DNA of 64,000 bases, taken from positions 49,044,001-49,108,000 of the forward strand of contig NC_087447.1 of NCBI RefSeq assembly GCF_036321535.1. Direction: 5' to 3'. Shown piece after piece: positions 38,922-50,536 of the stretch. Numbering within the stretch: the first letter of the stretch is position 1; each line of letters starts with the position of its first letter. Position numbers and translations under genes: made by a program. The notes below the pieces were generated by a model, which had not been told where the DNA came from, made no database searches, and saw only the letters and a program-made list of their open reading frames with translations. The DNA comes from Camelus dromedarius (Eukaryota).

Positions 38922-41749
38922 CTGTGAGTGCAAAGACCTTGGGTAATGAACAAGGGAAGGAGACAAGCTCCACCATTCCTAAGAAGACAGAGAATCAATC
39001 CAGAGGCTTAACCAGCTTGGGAACTCTGCTAGTGCCCAAGAGAGATCTCTGTGAAGAGGGGCCAGAATATCTAACTCCCTCCCCAACTAACTTCTTCCCC
39101 AAACCCCATCATACTTATAGTCTTTTGTATGAAGAAAGGCTGCACACATTTGCTTATGGACACAGTGAGACTGGGTTGGGGCAGATGGAGGGAAAATACC
39201 AGGGTGACTGAGTTAGGGGAAGCATTCTGCAGAAGAACACTGCACAATTCTGGGTCAGGGAAGATTCCCAAGTATGCTGTGTCACCCCAAGGATTGGAAA
39301 CCATAGGAGCACCTGGAGACAATGCCCTTGGCAGGGACCAAGGTGGGTAAGGGAGGATGGATGAAAGGCACCATCCCTGGCTGCAGTGAGGCTCTCCTCT
39401 AAAGTGACTTCATAAAATGCACACATCAGTAAGGAACTGAGAAGTCTTTTCTTTAGTGCAAACTCTCTGAGGATTCCCAGAAACATCTGAGAGTGGTATT
39501 TAACAGGCTGAGGTCCTGAATCACACAGATGGGGTAGGAATTGGTAGCATTTTAGGTACTACCATCAATGTGACCTCTTTTGTGTCCCCAGGTGGATGAG
39601 GCCTAGGGAATTATTTTTAAGCACACAAAGACAGCCGATTCAGATCATGTTTTCATTCCTCCCTCCAACTCCATCCCCTCTATACACCAAAACAAACACA
39701 TACGGACATCCAGTCACAAATACATATACACATACATAAACCACAAACATGCATACAGCAAAAGGAAGGGAAAGGAGAATTTCTTCTGAGCCTACTGCAT
39801 TCCTGGCACTGTGTTGGTTGTTTTATATACATCATCTCAGAACAGCACTGAGGAGGGTAGGTGTTATCTATCTCCTCTTCAGATGAGGAAATTCAGACTC
39901 AGAGTGACTTGCCTAAAGTCTCAGAGATAGAAAGTGGTAGAGCTCAAACTCTACTCCAAACTCCAGGCCCTTTCCACTGCAGCGCCCACCTCTCACAACA
40001 CACCTTCAAGCCCTGTGTGGGTTGAAGGGTGGGGAGGTGGAAGGGTAGCCATTGCCTGGACCGGAGAAGCTAGACGAAGGTAAGCAGTGAGTTCAAAAGT
40101 CCAAAAGGACTGTTACTGTACACCCAAAGGCAGGAATATTTCAAAGGTGAATTTAGAGGGAGTATATGGCCAGTGGTGCATTCATTCATTTATACTCATG
40201 AACTTCTTTAACACGTATCTGTGGAGCTGGGAATAGAAAGAGAAAAGAACACATCCCCCTCTCAGGGTGCTTCTAGTCTCACAGAGGAGCTAGATGCCCA
40301 GCACACAGTGGGACAAATGCTGTAACAGAGGCAGGCATGAAGCTTGCTGGGAATCATCCACTCTGGTGGGGAGGACCCACGGAAGGCCATGTTTAAACTA
40401 AACCATGAAGACTGGAGAGAGAATTTGCCATGTTCTTAACAACTGTGTGAGAGAGAAGGAACAGAGAGAAAAATCACTGCTTTGTGGCTGGCGCTGCAGT
40501 ATTTTTAGAAGCTCTGGTGAGTCATATTTCTCATGGTGGGGCCTAGAGAGACACAGATGCTCACCTGTAAAGACAAATGGGGTGAGTCACAGAGCGGAGC
40601 AGATGTGAAAGCTCGGGGACCGAACTTCAGGCTGCTCCACAATGCTCAGGACGTACATTCAGTATGTCCCTGAAGCATGGCTGTTAGATGTTCCAATTTT
40701 CTAATAGTAAATTCCTCCTTTTTTGGTACTCTAATAATGATTTAGACTATAACTATGACTGTAGTTATAACCATGTAGACTGTAGACTATAACCATGATA
40801 GTTCTCACTAAAAAAAGGCACAGGTCACATATGGTTTCAGAAAGAACCCTGGCAAGGTGTGGGAAAAGAGGCTTGAAGTCCAAAGACCGGAGACACTCAA
40901 CAGAGAAGGAAAGAAGCCTTTAGTCCATGGTATTTTTCAAGGTCACAGCTGACTCTCTTCCTCTTCCTGAAAGGACCAACTTTCTTATAATGAATTTTTA
41001 ATCTACCTGAAAGCAATTACTGGAGGGTGTACTGAAGCTCTGTTGATTTATAATTAATTAGCCAATCTTTACTTTTACCCCAATGAAATATGAAACAGCT
41101 AAGAAATACGGCTTCAAAAAATTCCTCTTAAGCCCCGTAACAAAGAACCTGTCTCTTGTGACAAGTTAAACTACTTTGCCTTTTTTAAGTTCAACTCTAA
41201 TTATAATGTAGTGAAGTTTCATTTTGTCTCTAAAACAGGTGTCTTAAAATAGGGGGGCAGACAAGAGGGAGGTGAGGAAGATAAGATGCAAAGCTTCACA
41301 GGAAAGCATCAGACTTTCCCACTGAGCCCTACCCATGGCAGTTTTGGGAGAACAGCTCTTTGAAGTGGCTGGAGTCTGTCAGTAATGGAGAAATCGAGGT
41401 TTCCAGCTGTTCAGAGTAGTACTTTTTTTATTATACCTTCTCTTGGAAAAAGGAATTGATATCATTTAAAATCTGATGGCTTTAATGGAATTTTTTTTGA
41501 AGGTAGGAGTATGCCCCAGTGGTTGGATTCCCATTCAGGAATGGGAATTCTTGTGCCATATCAGAAAAAACATGGGGATAAGGATCAGAAGCCCTGGGCT
41601 TTGGTTCTGGTGGTGCTGCTCCTAGTTGGTGTTAAGCATCTCTGGGCCTAGTCAGTTCCGCCCTCTAACTGTATGATGAAAGAGGATTTCATTTACTTTA
41701 CGTTGTAAGATTTTGAATCAGGCTAAAATTATTGCTCAACAGACTGGAC

Positions 41750-42010
41750 CAAGGATTGCAGCAAACAAGATGAAGTTTAGCAAACTCTAATGTTCGTTCA
41801 AATGTCAGTTCAGCTTCTGTGATAAGATACAGGAAACCTACCATGCAAACACAGGGTGAGAGAGACAAGGCTTAACAGCTTGCTTGCGTGAAAAAGAACT
41901 TACAATATGGCTTCTAAAAAACTAGTGCTCTTTTAAGTCACATTATTAGGAATATGATGATTAGAAAAAAGGGGGTCACAATCCCCCTCTGTTCTGTGCT
42001 GGTCAAGCCA
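41750..42010 (+). mobile_element. Possible CR1/L3 fragment
   Basis: aatccccctctgttctgtgctggtcaagcca resembles the CR1 'PLYSALVRP' coding segment. Confidence 0.4.
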
Positions 42011-44064
42011 AAGAGCCGACCCTTGGAACAAGGGAGCAAGGGAATAGGCCTAATGCGAAGGGCAAAGTATCAGCTATCAGTCAAAACAAGTAAGAGAGCA
42101 GTCTAAAGATGGAGTAAGTCAAATATGATTCCCCTAATTCACCCAGAGATAATACTGTGATCTGCCCAGGAATGGAGATACAGACAGTTCGGGATAAATA
42201 AGGTATATTGTGAAATGGAAAAAATTAAGAGAATGGAGGATGGAGAACCAGGCAGAGTCAAGTCATGAAAAATCTTGTGATCAATGTTAATGGAGTTTAT
42301 CTTCGGAACACTGGGAAGCTACTGAAGGACTTTATGCAGGGCAGTGATAGAATCAGAGGTGCATTTTAGACACATCACTCTGGCCGATGGTAAGGAGGAT
42401 GGATTGGGAGATGAGAAACTGGAGACTAAGACCGAACAGGAAGATTAACAGAAAAGGGAAAGTTTAAGGAAAGTTTAGGAAGTGTAATTCAGAATCTGGC
42501 GACTGAATGGATGTGTGGGGTGAGGACGGAAAGAATTCAGGCTGATGAACACGTTTCTAGCCTGGACAACTGCACAATGGATGAAAAGCAGTGCCCACCA
42601 TTGAGGCCAGGGACACAAGAAGAGATGTTGGCATGGGCATGTGTGTGATGAGTCCGGTAGGATAAGTAGGATATATGGGTGTATAGCTCAAGAGATAGAA
42701 GTGAAGCAGAGAAATACTAAGACTTGGGAAGGGATGAGACCACTAAGAAAGACTCTAAAGATTAAGAAAAACAGTGGGTTGAGAGTGGACAACAGGGGAC
42801 CAAGATTTAAGAGCCTGGTAGAATAAGAGGAATCCACAGAGCACACTGAGTATGGACAGATGAGTGGGAAGAAAATGACAATAATACCTATCTGGAGCCT
42901 CATCACTTTCAAAGCATAATTATTTCAGTTGATACTCTGATGTAATCAGGGGTACATTTATTCTCCCTTTTTCATATATAAAGAAATAGTGCAGAGTGGT
43001 GGAGTATTGCCTTACTTTATGAAATTAGACTTAATACTGAAAACAACTAGAATGATGAATAAAATATAAAAAGAAAAAAGATCTATCATTTAAAAACATG
43101 TAAGAGATACGAAGATAGTAAGGAAGTAGCATGCTGAAATCTAAAAATCCAGACAGAACCTGAGTACAAGAAGCCACTTGTGCCTTTGCTGATATTTGCT
43201 GATCTTGTTGAAAGAGAAGGTGAGGCATGTAATTGGAGATCCCCCCCCACCAACTGAATTTTGGATTCTAAAGAGAGGTACCCTCAGGAGAGAGTGAACC
43301 AGAACTAAATCCATTCCCCTCAGCCAGGGGAAAACTGCCTTGGAGTGAACAAAGAAAAGGAGGGAGAGGGCAGGCTGGTCTTCTTGCAAACTCTAGCCCA
43401 AATTTGTATCATCAGAGTGGTCCAGAAAATATCCAGCTAGTTTAGTTTAGTTTAAAATGGTTCCACACCAGGCACCTAGGCACCTGGCCAAAATAAATGG
43501 AAAGGCTCATGGGTACTGCAGACTAAATAACGTGCACCAACTTTCCCCTTAGTATAAACTAGAAAACCAGACAAAATATATATATTAAAAAAATCCTTAA
43601 GGCATCTGGGAACTAACAAGTTGTGAAAAATTGGGAGGCCAAGGTTTGGAAGAAGAAGAAAACCCAAAGGGATTCATGTAATATTTGGGGCCACTTTTCC
43701 CCTAAGGCTGTCAACTCCAAAAGTGGCTGAGAAGTTGAGCAGAGATTCTGACAAACTTACCAGTTCAGGGACCAAAAACTGGGAGTCCAGGCTGTGCCAC
43801 AGAAAGGGAACCCTGATCAAATGCCCCTGCTTTAAGTTAGGGCATTGAAGGACTAAATCCTAGGGAGAAGTGTGAACTACAGTGGGGTCCTTGCAGGGAT
43901 TAAATATTAGCTTCAAAGAATTTCAGTTTCCATAAATGAATTAAGATGATTTGGAATTACTGGTGATCTATGTAACCAAAGAACTCTAGATCTGGTGAGA
44001 AAAAAAGTGATTTGAGTTGCCCAAAGGGAGAGTCATGGTCTCTCATTCAGTTCCTGACTATTTA

Positions 44065-44226
44065 CATTTAAAGAAAAAAACTAATTAAACTTAATAAAAT
44101 TAAATATTCAGCTCTCCAGTCACACTAACTACATTTCAAGTGCTCAGTATGACTAGTGGCTACCATTGCAGACAATGCGATATAGAACATTTCCAGTGTT
44201 GCAGAAAGCTCCACTGAACAGTGCTT
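44065..44226 (-). mobile_element. MER3-like hAT-Charlie MITE nested in the ERVL fossil
   Basis: acatttcaagtgctcag..tagtggctacca..tatagaacatttcca..tgcagaaag resembles recalled MER3 consensus. Confidence 0.7.
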
Positions 44227-45431
44227 TCAAGGATTACCACATAACACCTGCAAATTGGTGCTAATGTCTGGGAATATGAAAGCCACGGTGGTCCACTCAA
44301 AGTGAGGGATTGTGAAGGTCCCATGGAAGAAGGAAAATTTAGCCTGTGGATGGACAGTGAAGTCACAAACCTACTTTGTGGTTCTCTCTCCAGTTCCTGA
44401 ACTTGTAAGTAGAACAGATATACTAAGCAACTGACAGAATAACCACACTTCTTTACTGACCAACCAAATGAGGGATATTCTAGTAGGAGGGGCCAAACTG
44501 ACACCCTAGGAATTCTGCTTCCAAAACAGTAAACCAAAAATAATTCTGCATCCCTGAGGTAACTGTGGAGATTACTGCCAACACTAAAAACTAGAAAGGT
44601 GGAAGGATAATGAGTCCTATGACATCCCTGTTTAACTTGTTTATTTGGCTTATGCAGAAAACGGGTCTTGAAGAGTGACTGGAGATTACTGCAAGCTTAT
44701 TCAAGTGGTGACTCCAATTTCAGCTGCTGTTCCATATGTGGACTCCTCTTACTGCAGCACATCAACACAGTCCCTAGCACTTATGATATTGCTGAGGACC
44801 TGTCAAATGTTTCTTTCTTTTTTATCAATGAACGAGAACTACCAGAGCAGTCTGCTTTCACCTGACAGGGACAGCAGTATACCTTTGTTCTCTTCTCTGG
44901 GGGCCACATCAACTCTTTAGCCCTATCATAATCTATTCCACAGGGATCTTAATTATTTTGGTATTCCACATCATGTTGATAACAGCTGATGGGCAGGGAA
45001 TTGGAAATACCTCAGATGCCTCAGTATAGAATGTGCCACAGGATGGAGTTAAACACCTCACAAAGATTCAAGGAACTGCCACCTTGATTAAATTTCTTGA
45101 TGTTCACATATCTGGAGCATGTTGGGATACCCTCTAATGTGAAAGACACCTTGCACCACCTGCTACTAAGAAAAAGGCACAAAGCTTTGTTGGCCTTTTT
45201 GAATTTGGACAGATAGCATAGAACATCTGTGTTGTTCTGATGCACTTACTGAGTCTCTGGTCCATATACTGTGGCTGCCAGTTCTGTGTGGGATCCAAAG
45301 CAAGACAAGGCTCTGTGACAGATCCAACCGCCCTGCAAGTTGTTATTTAAGCATTATGTCACTGGCCAAGGGCATTGGGTATTATGACTCAGCAGATCCA
45401 AATGTGCCCTAAATGTCTATGGCTGTATAGG

Positions 45432-45571
45432 CAGGGTTACCATACATTTTGACTTTCAAGGACAGTCTGAGTTTTCACCTGTTATCCCAAAATAATTAAT
45501 AGCGGAGATTTCCCTCTCAACTTTCCCCTCTCAACTATGTCCTTGTTTGGATGGTAAATGAATGGTCACCC
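45432..45571. mobile_element. MER94-like hAT-Blackjack MITE nested in ERVL pol
   Basis: TIRs cagggttaccat ... atggtcaccca, ~140 bp, internal taattaatagcg. Confidence 0.65.
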
Positions 45572-48500
45572 ACTCTACGAATAGAGCCTCTTTTAGTCAC
45601 CAATTACAGAATGATTTTTGAGCAAAGTTGTGCTCTACTCTGCAGGTAACTATTTTCCTTTTGAAAAACAGTTCCTGGCTTACTCCTATATGTTGGTAGA
45701 GACTGAATACCTGACCATGAGACACTAAGGTGACCATGTCTCCTGAGCTGTTCATCATGAACTGAATGTGCAGAACTCCCTCATTAAGCGAAAGCAACAC
45801 TGGAGATCAGGCACAAGCAAGTCTGGAAAAGTTGCATGAATGAATATTGCTTAGATTTCTATAATGTCTATACCTGCTGTACTGTTGCTTCTCCGTCAAT
45901 CCACAACTAAGGTCCTATGACCAGTGGTTGTAGGACAAAAATCTGCAGCTGGGTTTACAAATGATTTTGCATGACATGCTGATACTAATCCAAACCAGAT
46001 TGTTCCAGTACTATAACTCCATACAAAGATGGCTCTGAAAGACAGGGGAGGAGAAATCCTCCCAATAAGTAAAACTTAGAGCAATATACCTGATTGACCA
46101 TTTTGCTTGGTTGGTGAGACAGCCAGAAGTACAAGTCTATGCTGATTCATGGGCAGTGGTTTACCTGAACAGTCAAAGTTTGGGGGAAAAACAAGGGGTG
46201 TAAAACTGCTGTCAGGGAGGTCTGAGGGGAAATTACGTAAAAGGACCTCTCAGAATGGATAGGGAGTGTGAGGAGTATTTGTGTCCCACATGAATGCTCC
46301 CAAAGACTATCCACTGTGGCGAAGACTCTCAGTGATCAGGTGGACAAGATGACCCATTCCATCAATGTCAGTTGGATACCCTGGTGCTTGTAAAATGGCC
46401 CAAGGCAGGGAAGAAAGCTACACACTTCCCTGTACCAAAGCAGATCTGGCTACCACCCCTGTCAAGCACCCAACCTGCCAATAGCAAAGGGTAATGCCGA
46501 GTTCCTAACATGGTACCATTTCTGGGAGGATTAGCCAGCCATGCAGTAGGAGGATGACAACAGTGGACACCTTCCTTCATAAAAGGAGCAGTGACTTTCT
46601 CCCCTACAGAAATAAATGTGCATTTGAGACATAGATTTTCACTCCCTGACCACAACATCCTGACAGCATCACCATCTGCGGACTTACAGAATGTCTTATT
46701 CATTATTCTGGTAGTGCACATAACATTGCTTCTAACCATGGAACATATTTCATGTCAAAGAAGTACAATAATGGGCTCACAGACATGGAGTTCACTTTTT
46801 TACCATGGACTCCATCACTCGTAAGTAGATGACCTACTAGAATGATAAAATAGCCTTTTGATGACTTATTTATTGCACTAGCTAGGCAACTACCCATTGT
46901 GATGATGGGGTGCTGATTTACAGGATGGAGTGTGAAATAAACCAGCAACCGATACTGATGCTGTTTTTCTCACAACCAGAACACAAGGTCCTAGGAATTA
47001 ATGAATGAAAATGAAAGCAGCTCCTCTTACAATTATACCCAACAATCCATTTGCAGCTTTTTTGTTTCTCATTCTTGCAACTTTTGAGCTGAGCTGAGTT
47101 AGAGGTCTTAGTTTCCTGGAAAGGAATACTTTTACAGAGGACACAACAATAGTTGTACTTAACTGGAAGTTATTACTGGCTACTTGGGTTCCACAGTCCA
47201 CTGAACCAATAGGCAGGAAAATGTTTACTACATTGGCTAGGTAGTTAATATTGATTATCAAAAGTAGATATGATCGCTGCTATACCTTAAGAACAAAAAA
47301 GGAATATGTTTGGAATCCAGGGAATTATCTGGCGTTCCTCACAGAAGTGTCAGGTCCATTAGTCTAAGTTAATGGAATTTCTGCAAGATGAAAGGAGTTC
47401 TGGAGAGGGATAGTGGTGATGGCTGCACAACAATGTGAATGTGCTTAATGCCACTGAACTGAACACTTAAAAACGGTTAAGATGGGGAAGGGAGGAGGCC
47501 AAGATAGCAGAGTAGAAGGATGCTCGTAGCTCACCCTCTCCCACAAATACACCAAGACTCACATCCACAGACCCACTCAGCCAACCAGAGCACCTGAGGA
47601 ACTCCGACAGAACATCATCCTCTTCAAAAGATAGAGACGCCAAAAATCTGGTAGGAGAAAAGGAAAAAAGAAAGAAGAAAAGGCAAAACAGTGTGGGACC
47701 GGTCCTGCGGGGAGGAAGTGGCAAAGGAGGACTAGTGCTCATTCACTGGGTCTCCCCTCTCCAACTGAGAGGCCAGCAGGACGGTGGGGGAGCCTCCGAG
47801 GCTCAGATCTGTACAGAGCAGCCCTTGACTGACAGAACTAAGTTAAACGGGCACAGAGGGTCCCCCCGACACCCAGCCAGAGACGTGGCCAGGCAGCTGG
47901 GGGCAGGGCCAGGCTGCCCGAGCTGGGCGGAGGACAGGGACGGCTGCACTGAGGCAGCTCCAGGGAACTATAGGGGGCTGCGTGCTGTGGCTGTGGGTGC
48001 ACAGGGCAGAACAACCTGGGCAATCCATAAAACAACATGGCTGATGTGCCCTGGTGGGAAGGGTGCATACCCCCATCTCTGAAAACCCACGGAAAGTTTT
48101 TGGGTGAAGAGAGGTAGGGCTCAGGCACAGCCGCCATATCCTCCGGCGCTTAGCACCCAGGCGGGGGCAGAGGCAAAACCTGAATCCGCACCTAAGGACT
48201 TAGCAGCCTCAAGGGCCAGACAGAGACTTGTCTACAGCCTGAGGCAGATAGGATCCTTCCGTCCTGGTCCCTCAGAGAACTTGCTCCGCCAAGACAAACA
48301 AGGCGTTGGGTTTTGGCCTGGAGCAGGGACAGGGCTGTTCCTCAGTCTTCCCCCGAGCACGCCTGCGGAGCGCCGACCCAAGGCGGAGCGCGCAGTGGCA
48401 CAGAGCAGCGGAGCAACTGGCGCCAGGAGAGGGCAGGCGGCCCCCCACCTTTCGGGCAGGAACGTGGCCCCTGACCGCAGTGCTGGGAGGGGATGCGATC

Positions 48501-49229
48501 TGCCCTCCTACCTGGCCAGACTGCAACATCTGACTGCGGCATCGGGAGGGGCAGTGACCCGCCCGCCCACAGCAAAGGAGAGCTGCACCTGACCCAGTGT
48601 TGGGAGGAGGCGCGATCTGCTTGCCGACAGGCACTGGGAGCAGCACAGACAAGGGCGCCAATGGAGGGCCCTCTGGAAACAGCAAGCTGAGCTCCCAAAA
48701 CAGGACGTAGACAGAAAGACTTCGCATTAAAAGCACACAGTCTCCAGGAGAACACTGACACCACCCCTTTTTTTTTTTTAAATCTGTTTTTACCTGTTCT
48801 ATTTTCTATTACCCTTTTAATTTTTACTTCTTAAACAACTATATATACCCCCAGTTTTAATTCCTTTTAAATTAAAAAAAAATATTTTATTATTGTTTTT
48901 AAAAATCCACATCATTTCATTTTTATTTCTCTTGGTTTTAATGTCCTGTTATTGATTATACACAGGTTTCAAATACATCTTTTCCTCTTTTCTCCTTTTT
49001 TAAAGGTTTTTAAAGGACGTCTCAACTCGATTGCTATTCTGCTTCAACTTGCTCTTCTATTACTCATTATACACTGTTTTCAAACCTTTTTTTCTCCCTT
49101 CTTTTAAAATTCTTTCTCTCTCCCTTTTTTCCCCCCTAAGTTTTATTCCTACATAGGCATTAGATAGATAAACTCCTTAAGGACCACAATAGATAACTGA
49201 TACTCCATAAACCACAGTGCCAGAGAGGT

Positions 49230-50130
49230 ATGAGCAAGATGAAGAAGCAGAGAAACCATTCCCAATTAAAAGAACAAGAGAAATCCCCTGAAAGAACGAT
49301 CAATGAAATAGACATTGATCGCCTACTAGATCAAGATTTCAAAAAAGGAGTGATCAAAGTACTGAAGGAACTAAAAGAGATTGTGTTTAGAGATATAAAA
49401 TATGTCAAAAATGAAACTGAAGCTATAAAGAAGAGCCAAGTAGAATTGGTAAACTCATTGCTGAGATGAGAACAGATCTAAAGGCTGTGCAAAGCAGACT
49501 AGATAATGCAGAGGAACAAATTAGTGCCTAGAAGACAGGAAAACTGAAAGCACCCAATCAGAACAGCTACAAGATAAACAAATAAAAACAAATGAATATA
49601 GCATAAGGGACCTATGGGATAATATAAAGCATGCCAATCTTCACATAATAGGGGTCCCAGAAGGGGAAGAAAGATCAAAGGGGATTGAAAAGGTTTTTGA
49701 AGAAATCATGACTGAAAACTTCCTAAACTTAAAGAAGGAATCAGATATCAAAGTACAGGTAGCTCAGAGGGTCCCAAACAGGAAGAACCCGAATAGACCC
49801 ACACCAAGACATATCATAATCAAGATGGCCAGAGTCAAGGATAAAGAAATGATCCTAAAGGCAGCAAGAGAAAAGCAAAGAGTGAGTTACAAGGGAACCC
49901 CCATAAGACTCTCAGCTGATTTCTCTACACAAACACTACAGGCCAGAAGGGAGCGGCAAGATATATTCAAAGTCCTGAATGAAAAAAAGATGCAGCCTAG
50001 GATACTTTATCCAGCAAGGCTATCCTTTAGGATAGAAGGAGACATAAAGAATTTCACAGACAAGAAAAAGCTACAAGAGTTTAGCAACACTAAACCCATG
50101 CTAAAAGAAATACTGAAAGTTCTACTCTAA
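49230..50130 (+). pseudogene. L1 ORF1p, frameshifted
   Basis: ORF pieces 49230..49469 and 49708..50130 (RPTPRHIIIKM..ILKAAREK..PIRLSADFS..RILYPARLSF). Confidence 0.92.
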
Positions 50131-50536
50131 ATAGAAAAGCAGCAGGATGCTACAGAAATGAGAAACTCACAACTGGAAAGGTAATAACTCATGAATTACA
50201 AATAAAATAAACACGAAATTCTAAAGGAAGCCATAAAAATCATTGAGAGTGGGAGAAGGAGGCAGGAAAATATAGAATATTTTTTTCTTTCTTTTTTAAA
50301 TTTTTTGTTCTCAGTAGGATGGGTTTGAGATCATGTTACTATCAGTTTAATAAAAGCAGTTATAGTAATGGGCTAATAGACTTACAAAAAAGGGTAACCA
50401 CAAGCCAAAAACTTACAAGGGAGTCACAAAAACTAAATAAAATCCATGACAGTACAAAGGAAAATTACCAAACCACAAAAGGAAGAAGAAAGGAACAAAG
50501 AGGAAATACCAAATCAACTGCAAAGGTAAGTTCAAA

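Larger units (their letters stand above)
43980..47387 (+). mobile_element. Decayed ERVL (class III ERV) internal region: gag end, protease, RT, RNase H, integrase, dUTPase
   Basis: DYCKLIQVVTPISAAVP (ORF 44675) resembles ERVL RT DYRKLNQVVTPIAAAVP; QQYTF-like at ~44873; YADSWAV at ~46138; GTYF (SDQGTHF-like) at ~46740; dUTPase-like ~47100-47260. No long ORF and no flanking LTR pair seen. Confidence 0.78.

Noticed and set aside
40743..40802. Short degenerate repeats (gactataac/gactgtag); similar at 17210-17247
   Set aside because: Local slippage-type duplications without repeat-spacer structure; not CRISPR-like.
47693..48764. Cluster of 99-162 aa ORFs on both strands in the L1 #3 5'UTR (possible ORF0 analogue)
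   Set aside because: GC-rich sequence is poor in stops, several of the ORFs start at non-ATG codons, and none shows a recognisable domain. One copy gives no evidence of coding.
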